From contig NC_068993.1 of NCBI RefSeq assembly GCF_001194135.2, forward strand, positions 5,660,225 to 5,724,224: DNA of 64,000 bases, given 5' to 3'. This document shows, in pieces, positions 1 to 12,301 of this stretch. The position numbers and the translations under genes are program-made. The stretch's first letter is position 1. Each line of letters starts with the position of its first letter. Under the pieces are notes generated by a model. The model did no database searches, had not been told where the DNA came from, and saw only the letters and a list, made by a program, of their open reading frames with translations. Source of the stretch: Octopus bimaculoides. Lineage: Eukaryota.

Positions 1-976
1 ATAACAGCATTAATTACAATAATAAAAATAATAACATGTTACAGAAAATAAATGAATAAAATCTATTTAAATAAATATATGTCTGATTTTATGGTTGAAT
101 TGAGTTTGTGCGTTAAACTAATAACGACGCCATTTTTGTTGTTTCGTTTTTTTTTTTTTAGAAAAGATTGCATTAACATTAGGAATATATAACTCTAATG
201 TACTGAATCGGGGAGGGGGCTATGGGGTGGAGGTGGGGAGTAGAATGATGGTGTTTAGAGAGGAGGTGAAATAGGTTTCTAATTTTAATGGGACTTAATA
301 TTTTAACGAATCGAAATGTTATTGGATTTCTTTCATTACCAAATCAATGATAATATTTGTATTAATGAATACGTACCTGGGGATGTAGGAGAAGGGTGAG
401 GAGAGTGAAAGGGGAGAGAAAAGAGAAAGAGAGCGGAGAGTGGGAAGAAGTGGAAAGGAAACGAAGAGAGAAACAGCGATATGGAAGAAGAATTAAAGAA
501 TGAGAGAAATTGGGAAACGAGAATGAAGGAATGGTTTAAGGATGGCGTGAGGTAGAGTTACGGATGGAAAAAGAAAAAGGTAGGGAGGGAGATGAGAAAG
601 GGATAGGGGGAAGGGAAGGATATAATTAAAGAGGAAACGAAAAGGGATGGCTAACGAGGGGCAGGGGCTACATGGAAGAAAGGGATATGAATAGGTAGAT
701 TTAGAACTATTCATGTATTTAAACAGGGTTAATTAAAAAGAGAGACTAAGAAATATGCAGGAGTATAGATAGACAGTGTATATGTGTGTGAGAGGAGGAG
801 AGAGAAATATATATAGCTGGAATGAGAGTTTAGGATATATAGATAAGTTGCTGGCGCGAGAGAGAGAGAGAGAGAGAGAGAGTGTGTGTGTATGGTTATA
901 AAATATAGATAGAACGAGAGATCGAGTGAGGTAGAAATAGAAATAATTGATGAGGGATTGAGAGAGAGGTGGAGGT

Positions 977-1009
<33 letters not shown>

Positions 1010-2987
1010 GGTCTAGAACGGTAGAGACAGATAAATAGTGCAAGAGGTCGAGAGCGGCAGAGACGTAGATAGATAGATAGATAGCGTTAGGTAGATAAAG
1101 GTATAGATTGATCGTTTGAGAGGGAACTTCCTAGACAAAAATAGAAATACTGGTTGCTTTTATATAAAAATAAAAGCATTGAAAAACCACGAATCAATGA
1201 ATAAATAAGCAAATAAATATATTGTCCAAGTCTCGTCGACATCAATATTATCACAGGCAGCTTCTGTTCAGCATCATTCGACAATTCATGACCTCACATC
1301 TCGTCAAACACCCTCTCCATTTTCTTCAAACACGCAGGAATATACATACACACACACACACACATATATATANNNNNNNNNNNNNNNNNNNNNNNNNNNN
1401 NNNNNNNNNNNNNNNNNNNNNNNNNNNNNNNNNNNNNNNNNNNNNNNNNNNNNNNNNNNNNNNNNNNNNNNNNNNNNNNNNNNNNNNNNNNNNNNNNNNN
1501 NNNNNNNNNNNNNNNNNNNNNNNNNNNNNNNNNNNNNNNNNNNNNNNNNNNNNNNNNNNNNNNNNNNNNNNNNNNNNNNNNNNNNNNNNNNNNNNNNNNN
1601 NNNNNNNNNNNNNNNNNNNNNNNNNNNNNNNNNNNNNNNNNNNNNNNNNNNNNNNNNNNNNNNNNNNNNNNNNNNNNNNNNNNNNNNNNNNNNNNNNNNN
1701 NNNNNNNNNNNNNNNNNNNNNNNNNNNNNNNNNNNNNNNNNNNNNNNNNNNNNNNNNNNNNNNNNNNNNNNNNNNNNNNNNNNNNNNNNNNNNNNNNNNN
1801 NNNNNNNNNNNNNNNNNNNNNNNNNNAGAGAGATTCACTATACTCCAGCAGACGATCACGACTAATGTTTATTTTACATGACTTTTTATCCACCAGCTTA
1901 GGGTAATTCTCTCATTCAATAACAACACAGAAGAGAGAGGATGTGAAAGGTAGACGCTTTTATTTATTTTTTCCCGTTATAAGTTCGCAAAAACATATAG
2001 ACATATACACACGCGCATACACACACACACACACACATGCATACAAACTTTGAATTGCTTCCCTTTGATCTCGCTCTCCTCAGTTTCTATTAAAAAGGAT
2101 AAAAAAAAATAATAAAGGCCACACACTACATAACAAAAATCAATAGGTCCAATATAACATCGAAAACTATTACAACTATAAAATAGATCAAAACACAGAC
2201 AGGAAACAACAACAATAACAACGACTATAAAAACGATAGCCACTTCCCCAATAAATAGAAAGAACTTGAAAAATAACTACAATTTTCGTCTGTCTTTTCT
2301 GTGTAGTCTATTATTATTATTATTATTATTGCATTTCGTGTCTTTCTTTCAGGTAACCAATTCAAAATTATTAGGCTTTTATTAAATATAGTAAATTGGC
2401 GGGGTGTGGTACTCTGTGATATCGGCGCATTCTGTTGGTGGTGTTGCTGATAAGGTTGTTGTTGGTGGTGGTGTTAATAGGTGTGGTGGTGGTAGTGTCA
2501 GTGATTATGGTGGTAGCTGCAATTGTGAGGGTGGTGGTGTTCGTGATTATTGGGGGACGTGATGATGGTGGCGGTTGTGGTGGAGTTTATAACTGTGGGT
2601 GTGTTTTGTTAGTGGCGGTGGTGGTTGTGGTGATTGTGGCTTTGTTGTTAGTGATTGTGATGATGATGATATTGCTGTTGTAGTAGTGGTGGTGATGTTA
2701 GTAGTGATTGTTGTGGTGGTGATGGTATTGGTGGTCGTCGTAGCGGTTATGTCGGTAATAGTTGTAGACGTGGTGGTTGTTNNNNNNNNNNGTTTGTAGC
2801 GGCGACGATAGGTGTGGTCGTGGTAGCTGAGGCAGTGATGGGTGTAGTGACGGTGGTAGTTAAGACAGTGAAGGTTGTAGTCCTGGTAAAGTGGTGATGG
2901 ATTTGGTGGTGGTAGTAGAGGTTGTAGTGCCTTATTTTTATGCCGCTCAGTCAAGTGGTAATAACGACTGAAAATAACGGCAGCAAC

Positions 2988-3021
<34 letters not shown>

Positions 3022-3349
3022 AGTTCGTTGTTGCAGTTGTTACTGTAGTAAGAGGTAGTCTACCAATCTCTCATTGAATATAATTTTGCTTTTATAGAAG
3101 TAACAATATATTTTTCAGCTCCACCGACTTTTAGCTGACTCCCCCCTCTCTTTTTTCCCCCACCGTAAAGTACTCTGGTTTGTTCCACCTTTCATACTCA
3201 ACGTGAGTATCTGCGCAGGAAAGGTCTTCCTTAGATTAGTGAAAACGCAGTTTACACAGATCCATAGATATAGAAAATAACTAAATCAGCATTGCTTAAG
3301 AGTCTTATTCAGGTGTGCGTTTAGTATTTAAAAACATATTAGTCAACGC

Positions 3350-3790
3350 CTAAGTGCATGTGCAGTGGCAGGATGCTCACGTAGATTTAACAAGGAGTGT
3401 CCAGTGAATAATCAATGCAATACAGAGGCCGTGGTATACGAAGCAGATTTAATTTTGTGCAACAAGGATGATGGAGCGACATATACACATAGAAATACGT
3501 TGAAGCAACGGATAACTCCTTTAAGGAACGGCTAAATAATCACAGATCCTCTTTTAGAATCCAAGAGAGATGCATTATCCAGATATATATATGGCGATTA
3601 AGGGAAGAAGGAAGGCCGTACAAAATTATTTGGGAACTGATGGAATAGTCTGGGTTATATCCATATTTGATTTAAAGTAGACGCAGAAAGTTTTGCGTGG
3701 TTGAGAGGAGAATCATTCAAAAAATTCACACGATTCGGGTGATTTTCTGAATAGTATAGTTACATTGCTGAAGCGCACCGACCACACTAT
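3350..3790 (+). mobile_element. Penelope-like element (PLE) GIY-YIG endonuclease relic, frameshifted
   Basis: Translation with frameshifts gives NKECPVNNQCNTEAVVYEADL (from 3389), then KYVEATDNSFKERLNNHRSSFR...IWRLREEGRPYKIIWELME*. This matches the PLE pattern CP(L)NxxC...VVY...YIG.TE..FK.RY.NHKSSFR...YIW.LK...W.I. Stops and frameshifts are present. Confidence 0.8.
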
Positions 3791-3849
3791 CGGATGTTGT
3801 TGTACAACGCTGGTTACAATCCGCTATGCATCATTTTTTTCAGCTTTCG

Positions 3850-4063
3850 AATGACGCCATCCACCCTGTTTAGGGGAGCAGTTCTCCCCCCCCCCCTCCG
3901 GATCGGAAAGCTATTCCGTCACAGTGTGACCCATTTACAGCTGAGTAGACTGGAGCGACGTGAAATGAAGTGTTTTGCTCAAGAACACTACGTGCCGTCT
4001 TGTCTTGGAATCGAGCCCACGATCTACCGATGATGAGTACAATGCTCTAACCGCTAGGCCACC
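3850..4063 (-). mobile_element. tRNA-derived SINE, family C
   Basis: Reverse strand has an A-box-like GTGGCCTAGCGGTTAGAGC and B-box-like GGCTCGATTCC head, followed by the core CCAGTCTACTCAGCTGTAAATG. Homologous to 43145-43400. Confidence 0.8.
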
Positions 4064-4353
4064 TACCTACACAAACAACACATGTTCACAAGCATATATT
4101 TGCACACACACGCATACACACGTTTCTGTTCGTCTCTGTTTCCTCTCTCACGCTTCTCATTCCACTTCTTCCTTCCTTTCACCCACCCATCACTCTTTCT
4201 ATCTCTCCCATCCTGTACTTTTATATATATTACCCGCCACTTCTCTCACCATCCCCCCTCTCTCTCTACCCTTCTATCGCTTTACATCTCCATCCTCCAT
4301 CTTCCTCCCCCCACCATTCTTCCACTTCTCGTCACACCTTTATTTTTAACTGT

Positions 4354-4388
<35 letters not shown>

Positions 4389-5319
4389 NNNNNNNNNNNN
4401 NNNNNNNNNNNNNNNNNNNNNNNNNNNNNNNNNNNNNNNNNNNNNNNNNNNNNNNNNNNNNNNNNNNNNNNNNNNNNNNNNNNNNNNNNNNNNNNNNNNN
4501 NNNNNNNNNNNNNNNNNNNNNNNNNNNNNNNNNNNNNNNNNNNNNNNNNNNNNNNNNNNNNNNNNNNNNNNNNNNNNNNNNNNNNNNNNNNNNNNNNNNN
4601 NNNNNNNNNNNNNNNNNNNNNNNNNNNNNNNNNNNNNNNNNNNNNNNNNNNNNNNNNNNNNNNNNNNNNNNNNNNNNNNNNNNNNNNNNNNNNNNNNNNN
4701 NNNNNNNNNNNNNNNNNNNNNNNNNNNNNNNNNNNNNNNNNNNNNNNNNNNNNNNNNNNNNNNNNNNNNNNNNNNNNNNNNNNNNNNNNNNNNNNNNNNN
4801 NNNNNNNNNNNNNNNNNNNNNNNNNNNNNNNNNNNNNNNNNNNNNNNNNNNNNNNNNNNNNNNNNNNNNNNNNNNNNNNNNNNNNNNNNNNNNNNNNNNN
4901 NNNNNNNNNNNNNNNNNNNNNNNATCACGAAGCGTAAAGTTTCCATTGTTTATTTTTTCCAAACAAAACAAAACAAAACGAAACAAAAAAAATTACAAAA
5001 CAAAAGAAAACAGGATGTTGAAGCCTTTTCACTAAAGGCTTTTGTGACGTCAGCGAAATAATGAAACAACATGTGTCCAGGATCGATGCCGGCTTACTCT
5101 GACACACCTCACCACTGGTCGACTGTTTTTATTATTTACGGTACACGTAATACAATAACTGAAGCGGTGGGTGAGAGGAAAGCATGTGAGTCTATATTAG
5201 CTGTTACTCATATTTTTCGTGTGCGAAAAACAAACTCCCGGGCCGCAGGTTCACTTCATGTTTTATGCATGCGTGCGTTCATGCGTTTTCTTTGTATGTC
5301 TATCTGGATTCCACTTGCT

Positions 5320-5530
5320 GTTGTTGTAGAAGGTTTTTAGCCCTTGGTCGAACTTAATCGAGGCAGGCCTATGATCATAAACATCCTTGCCATGACCACC
5401 CTGTATTTTAGCGATATTTACTATTAACTACATTATCAAATGTGCCCTTTATTTAAAATAACAGTATGTGTGTGATCTGAGAGAGATTTAATTCCTGTTT
5501 CTAGCAGGTCAAGCGACTGGTCCGACTTCC
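5320..5530. mobile_element. Interspersed repeat family D copy
   Basis: Shares CCTATGATCA..ACATTCC..CATGACCA...ACATTATC.AATGTG...GAGATTT..CTG.TATTTCTAGCAGGTC.AGCGAC with 6165-6325 (inverted), 7122-7320, 7360-7480, 30140-30365 and 47330-47440. Confidence 0.7.
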
Positions 5531-5650
5531 TGTACTTTTACCCAATGCACTAGCGTCTAATCCAGGAGGAATATTAATCTCTTATTTTCTTAAAGCTACA
5601 GAATTCGGTTACAGGTTCAGATGACATAAACCTTATATAACAATATTTTT

Positions 5651-5810
5651 ATTTCTTTCGGTCATCGGACTCCAACCATACTGGAGCACTACACTGAAGC
5701 GGGGTCAATCATCTAAATCGACCGTCGTACTTATTTTGCGCTGGACATATTCTATCGAGAACTTTTTGCCGAACAACTGTCACGTAACGTAAACCTGTAG
5801 CCGTTTTCAT

Positions 5811-5855
<45 letters not shown>

Positions 5856-5891
5856 TATATATATATATACATACACACATGTGTATGTATG

Positions 5892-5934
<43 letters not shown>

Positions 5935-6091
5935 ACACACACATACATACACGGCGGGCTTCTACACAGTTTCACTCCACCAAATTCAGTCACAAGCGGG
6001 TATACCAAAAAATACTTGCTCAAGGTTCTGTACAGTGGGATTGAATCCAGAACCAGGTAGTTGCAAAGCGAACTTCTTTGCTACATAGCCA
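5651..6091 (-). mobile_element. SINE family B, near full length, with internal CA/TA microsatellite
   Basis: Reverse complement of the GTGGTTAAGAAG..GGGTTCAGTCCCACTG head, internal microsatellite, TTCGGCAAAA..CGATAGAATA body and GGTGCTCCAG.ATGG tail also seen at 26511-26880 and 31352-31790. Confidence 0.8.
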
Positions 6092-6164
6092 TGTCTACGC
6101 CAATAAACAAATAAACATGTTAATTGATTAATTAATTAATTAGTCGAGTTTACAAGAGAGCCCT

Positions 6165-6325
6165 TATGCAATTGCTGGATCTACAAAAGAAGTAACAACC
6201 AAATTCCCCTTTTATCACATCTTAAGAAAAAAGGGGACATTAGATAATGTAATCCTGGATGATCCCTGTTAGAATGTTTTAGATCATAAATAGATTTGCT
6301 GGATGAAAGCTAGCCTGGTGCTAAA
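6165..6325. mobile_element. Interspersed repeat family D copy, inverted relative to 5320-5530
   Basis: Reverse complement contains AGGGGAATTTGGTTGTTACTTCTTTTGTAG and ACATTATCTAATGTCCCC, matching family D. Confidence 0.65.
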
Positions 6326-6553
6326 CGATAATAGCAACAATAACACAGAAAAACGTATGCCTTCCAACACATTCCTTTTTCTGTAAAACAAAAAGAGAAT
6401 ACATATTTATACAGGTATGTGTGTGCCTGCATGTGTGTGAGAGAGATTTTGAAGGTCAGAGGGTAACAGGTGAAAAAGTAGCATCAGGGCTCCAGGCAAG
6501 ATCTGTGTAGTTTGTTCTTTAGTTCTCGCTCACGTTTCAAAATATATTTAAGA

Positions 6554-6790
6554 TACAGGGAGTTCAAAAAGTCTCTCCGCTGTAAGTATTTTAATTGCAA
6601 AATAAATATTTATAAGATGGTATAAGACTACAAAAGAATTTATTAGACTTTACAAGACTTTAAAAAGATTTATAAGAGGTGTTGAAAGTGTCGTCCTTCG
6701 TTTTCAATACAGAAGTTGACTCTTCTACACATGTTTGAAATACATCTTGGAGAGTCTGACGCAGTATGGACCGTGTGAAGGTTATGATTG
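6554..6790 (-). mobile_element. Possible Tc1/mariner-derived fragment
   Basis: TA followed by CAGGGAGTTCAAAAAGTCTC (mariner-like TIR start). Minus-strand peptide RQTLQDVFQTCVEESTSVLKTKDDTF loosely resembles mariner transposase C-termini. The second TIR was not found. Confidence 0.35.
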
Positions 6791-7004
6791 TTCGGTAAAA
6801 AGTACCAGATTTAAGAATAAGTACTGGGATCGAGCTGTTCAAGGCAGTGCCCCAGCCTGACCGCGATCTAATGACTGAAACAAGTAAAAGAATTGTATGT
6901 TTAGCTGAAAACAACAACAACAACAAAAACGACTGAAATGTTTCTAAGATGACTGACAACACCCGAAAGTGTGTTTTTATTGCGGGTGGAACTATTCATT
7001 TCGC

Positions 7005-7850
7005 TGTTGTTGCTGCTCAGCTTCAGATCAATCCTAGTCCAGTAGATCTGTTATTTCTAGCTTCATCGAAGACTCCACATTTGCTCGCTTGAAACTCATT
7101 TGTAATAGTAGTAGTAGTAGTTGTTTAGCCCAAGATCCGCCCTGACTGACCCAAGCCATTCTCAAAAGAATTCCATCTCTGATGGTACTGGCATTTTAGA
7201 AGCACACAAGCCCATCATTTACAAGGTAGTCCCCTTTTAAAGATGGTAATATATGATTTGATGGCTATATGGCTGCTATTTCTTACAAGTGACCACACAA
7301 AGGATACTATCCTCAACTCATCGTCGTTGTTGTTGATATTGTTGATGCCGTCTTTGTGGTGTGGTCCCTGGCCAATCTCTGATCGAACATTCCAACCTTA
7401 ACAGATACGTTTTTGCAAGGTAACATAGAGCAACATTATCCATAATGTTTTCTCATTTTTAAAGGCGTTTGGTTTTGGGATATAAATGGTCGAAAAAAAT
7501 CCTTTGGGCAATGCAAGTAAGAAGCTAGGCAAAATATCCAGAGCGATGTCGATTAAGAAAATATTGTATGACTTCACATACGTTCTTTAATAAAATTTAA
7601 TATTTCGGTAAAGGTTCACTCTTTCATATATATATATATATGTAAAGACTTCGGAGAAATGTATTATTACCGGCAAGCCTTTGTTTTTATTTATCATATA
7701 TCTCACCCGCATCGCCCAAAACTTTTTCTCGAACATTTGTATTATTTACCCATAATGCCATGGTTCAAGCAAATCATAACGCTTTATATTTGAGTATGAT
7801 TCTAAGAATGAATTTGTTTGCTATTTCTAGCAAAATCAAGCGACCACATA
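7005..7850. mobile_element. Cluster of degraded family D copies
   Basis: Same-orientation fragments at about 7005-7060, 7122-7320, 7360-7480 and 7780-7850, each with part of the family D consensus and often preceded by (GTT/GTA)n. Confidence 0.6.
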
Positions 7851-8243
7851 TAAGGTCCGAAATGGTTCGTTTCATAGTTTATTTTCGTTTGTATAGGCAT
7901 TATAAATATATTCATAGCTTTTGTGCAGTGCAACAATAAGAACCACAATAGGGCCGCAAGATAAGATTAACCAAACGGTATCAGTGATTAGAAGAATGTA
8001 CAGAGTGTAGCATTAATCATTCATTTTATTTAGGCTACTGAAGAGATAAGATCACCACTACATTGCAATGCACCGCGCTATCATTGCCGCCAATACCACC
8101 ACCACCAACAACAATTACAATATAGAGCACTGGTTCCTCTTGCTAAAGCCAACGACATGGGAAGTAAAGCGTACCTTTGAATAAAGGCCTGTAGAGATAT
8201 ATAACAGCAGAACTATTGAAACCGGGTGATTGTAGTAAGCCTG

Positions 8244-8292
<49 letters not shown>

Positions 8293-8468
8293 CGAGTGTA
8301 CATGGTGGTATGTTTGTGTGTTCATTGGGTCGTATATGTGTTTGTGTGTGTACATGCGTATATACATATATCTAGATAGACTTGGTTACATATGTAAATA
8401 TATATATATATATACACACTTTTATATATCTCTGTATGTGTGTGTATATATATATATATATCTATCTC

Positions 8469-8500
<32 letters not shown>

Positions 8501-9159
8501 CACGCACAGATATGTAAATATAATTTGCATATATATATATATATGCAAATCACATACGTCTGCGTGACACACACACGTACACGAATTTATACAAACGTAC
8601 ATACAACCATCTCATAACGCAAGGCATGTATCATACACCTACAAATATTAAAAAGAAAAATGAAGAAAAATAAAACAAAATTTTAAAGAACAAGCAAGCA
8701 AAACGAAAAACGCAGAAAACAAAGATGGCGCCGAATAATTCTAAAGTGGAAAGCAAGCGTCGCGTTTCATTTAAACTGGAGATATTTATCAATACAGAAC
8801 TTCAAGGTCAGCTTTACCTTTGGAAGAAAGCCAGACGATATTGCACGGTAAATACACTGATGACAAAATCTGATTAATTTCTCTCTTACCGAAGGTGTAA
8901 GAGGCCGAGAAAGATCCTTTAAGAATGCATTAGCATATTTTATGCACGTCTTTTACATATGTTTTTCATCTTGTTTTTGTTTTATTTTATTTCATTTCCT
9001 CTCCTTAGCAAAATAACCCTTGGCTAAACTGGTACATACTTTGATCGTCTAGACATGACAAAAGCGAAGGGCATTGTAAAAAAGAAGGAAAAGCAAGACG
9101 AGGCAAGAGAGAGAGAGAGAGAGAGATGTTATCACTGCCAAAATCTACGCTACATTAAG

Positions 9160-9178
9160 CCAATCAAGTCACGCCACG
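9160..9178 (+). promoter_or_regulatory. Exact ERSE-I consensus (CCAAT-N9-CCACG)
   Basis: CCAAT 9160-9164, CAAGTCACG 9165-9173, CCACG 9174-9178. Motif match only; no linked gene identified. Confidence 0.3.
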
Positions 9179-10113
9179 TTAGGCCAAGAAGCAGTTCTTT
9201 CGAATCGGTGTGTGTGGGGAAGGGTGGCGTAGGAGAGGGAGATCTCGTTACTGATTGAGATATGAGAAACGAGATAGGATATTGATAAAGGAAGAAACGA
9301 AATGAAAGAAAATATAGAGACAAAGGGGTTATAGATAGAGAGTTAGAAACGGAGAGAGAGAGAGAGGAATGGAGAAAAGGAGGGGAGAATGAAGAAAGAG
9401 AAAATGGGGAGAGAGAGAGAGGGGGGATACAGTGGGATATAGAGAGAGGGAAAAAGAGAGAGAAAGAGAACTAGAAAAATAAAAGCAATGAGAAGAGATG
9501 GAAAGAGTCGAGAGTAAATAAAACCCATCATAAAAGACATGATTAAAGAAGAAGAATGATGAGAGAGGAAAGGACATTTCTTCCAAAAGAATTATAAAGT
9601 TTTTAATTTATTGAATTAGAAAATTTTGCAAAGATACCACATGTGAATGATAATGATGAGAATAATAATAATTATAATAATGGCCACCACTGTCGATTTC
9701 GATATATGAATGATTGCAGGAAAGCATTTTTTTTTTACAAAAAGGATTAAAAACAAAAGAATCCGCATCTATTTGCAATGGATGCGTGAATGCAATTTGA
9801 GTCCGAGTATAGATTTTGTTATGAAGTCTCAACGGGGAAAATGATGGTCTCGGTTTTGCCTGGGATTGGACAAATGTGTCTGATGATTGCAGGATATAAC
9901 TCTTTATTGTTCTGTTTCTTCATCTCAAATTGTTTAGATGCGCCATAACACATTTTACACCACTCAGGACAATTTTTAGACAATAACTTTCCCAAGATGT
10001 TAAAATTAAGCTGTAAGGGTTTTAGTGATCGTTTCAATTTATTCTTATATATAAGGACGGCTCTTCCTTTACTGCGAAATCTCTCTTATAATAATAATAA
10101 TAATAATAATAAT

Positions 10114-10566
10114 AATCCTTTCTACTAAAGCCACAAAGACTGAAATTTTTTTTGTGGGTGGGTTGGGAGAATAGTCGATTACATCGACCCCAGTGTTTCA
10201 CTGGTACTTAATTTATCGGCCCCGAAAAGATGAATGGCAAAGTCGGCCTTGGTGGAATTTGAACTCAGAACGTGAAGACAGACGAAATGCTGATGAGCAT
10301 TTTGCCCGACTTGGTAACGATTCTGCCGGCTCGCCGCCATAATAATAATAATTCTTTCTAATGAAGGTACAAGGCCTTAAATTTTGGAGGAGGGGACTAG
10401 TCAGTTACATCAACCTCAGTGTTCAACTGCTACTTAACTTATCGACCCCGAAAGGCTGAAAGGTAAAGTGGCCTCAGCGGAATTTGAACTCAGAACGTAA
10501 GGGCGGACGAAATGCCGGACGAAAGTATTTTGTCTAGCGTGCTAACGATTCTGCCAGCTCGTCGCC
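10114..10566 (-). mobile_element. Head-to-tail pair of SINE family A copies (10114-10338 and 10351-10566)
   Basis: On the minus strand each copy has a GGCG(G/A)CGAGC(C/T)GGCAGAATCGTTA head, GTTCTGAGTTCAAATTCC B-box, CGGGG(C/T)CGATAA core and a (TAT)n tail. Confidence 0.9.
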
Positions 10567-11445
10567 TTAATGACAATAACAATGCTAATAAAAATATTAT
10601 AATAATGATGATAAGTGTACTTGTTATAAAGGTAACAATAAAAGAAAAGAGAGAAAAAACATGAAGGACAATTGTGTAGAATAGCGTTGAAACGATCATA
10701 TTCGATACAATAGTAAGTTGTTTAATGATAAAAACAGTCATTCATTAAGTCATCTCTATCTCACCCCGTTACTCTTTATTGACTTAATGAATAAAAGTGA
10801 TAGATAGAGAGACAGATAGCGAGATGGATAGGGTTATACGGCGACCGGGGCAGGGTAACCTTGCGGGCGAGATGTGTGAATAAAGTACAGTGATCGATCG
10901 TTGGACGCAGGTGAAGTTCCTGTTTTTTTTTTTTTGTTGTTGTTAGTGAGTGAATCATCAAAATATTTTTTCATTCTTTTTATAAAAAGGGAAACAAACC
11001 TGATAGCATCTTGTTTTTCCATTTTTTTAAATATACTTTTATGTTATTTGTTCATAATGGATTCTTTTATAAATAATGTTTTACTCACAAAAGACTCAAA
11101 CCTCAAATAAACTTCATCATCCTTTCAAAAAAATATAACCCCACCACCCACGCCAAAGCGGAAAAGAAAAGAATAAAATGAAAAAAAAAAAAAAAATTAA
11201 CCCTTTTCCTAAATCTATTTTATTTTTGCTTTTAGAGTTTACACAGAAAAAAAAAAACTCAGGAAAATCGTGGAAGAAAAATACGCCAAATGTGAGATTT
11301 TAACACCTTGGAAATNNNNNNNNNNNNNNNNNNNNNNNNNGCATGCATGCATGCATCTATCTATCTATTTACCATATGGTTTGGAAGCAAACTTCTAACC
11401 ACATAGCCAGCTACGCCTGCGTGTGTGTGTGTGTGTATTACATAC

Positions 11446-11527
11446 ATATAAGAGGGATGACCACTAAGTGGACATCCATTATGCTAGAAGTTGACCACCT
11501 GTGTCTTAGTGGTCATCCCTCTTATAT
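11446..11527. mobile_element. 82-bp micro-MITE-like hairpin with perfect 23-bp arms
   Basis: ATATAAGAGGGATGACCACTAAG (11446-11468) is the exact reverse complement of CTTAGTGGTCATCCCTCTTATAT (11505-11527). The spacer is 36 nt and both ends are TA-rich. Confidence 0.65.
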
Positions 11528-11711
11528 TTATGTAATATAATTTTTCTGAATCTTCAGATTTTTCAATATGCTAGGCCACTGGTTTTAAATTGATATTATT
11601 CAAGTTTTCACCCTTATTATTTAAATTTATATATAAATAAATAAATAAATATGCACACACACACGGGAACACATATATACATACACACACACGTCTGTAT
11701 ATCTATACATA

Positions 11712-11755
<44 letters not shown>

Positions 11756-12260
11756 CATACATCTCATTCAAACAGATTCAATGCTCCAATTACCAACACA
11801 CTTAATGAACTAAATGATTTCATTCTTTTAAATTAAAGTAAAACGAGACAGTAATCAATAACGATATACCACAACAGATAATGCTACCACCACCACCACC
11901 ACTACAACTACTACCACCAGCTTTACACTCATCAACTCGTTTGCGAATATATAGAACATTAAACTACATATACGTATACATATCAATATATACACTCAAC
12001 CATACATATATGCATACAAACGTACATACAAAGCTGACTACCTGCCTGCATATATACCTACATGCATAAATACACACACACACACACACACACACACATC
12101 TATATATATATATATATATACAAAGATACAAATATACATAGAGGCATACATACACATACAAAAACGGAACTATAGACACATGTATAAATATATATATATA
12201 TAAGCGAGAAAGAGGAGGGAAAGGGCAGTGAGGCACAAACATACTATATATTGGCATACA

Positions 12261-12301
<41 letters not shown>

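Noticed and set aside
2400-3060. Val-rich and Thr/His-rich ORFs (2435-2954)
   Set aside because: Degenerate (GTN)n trinucleotide low-complexity tract; similar tracts occur at 38000-38420, 47500-47580 and 54560-54690.
5045-5052. CRE palindrome TGACGTCA (also at 39067-39074)
   Set aside because: An 8-mer occurring twice in 57 kb is compatible with chance; the second copy lies inside the minisatellite.
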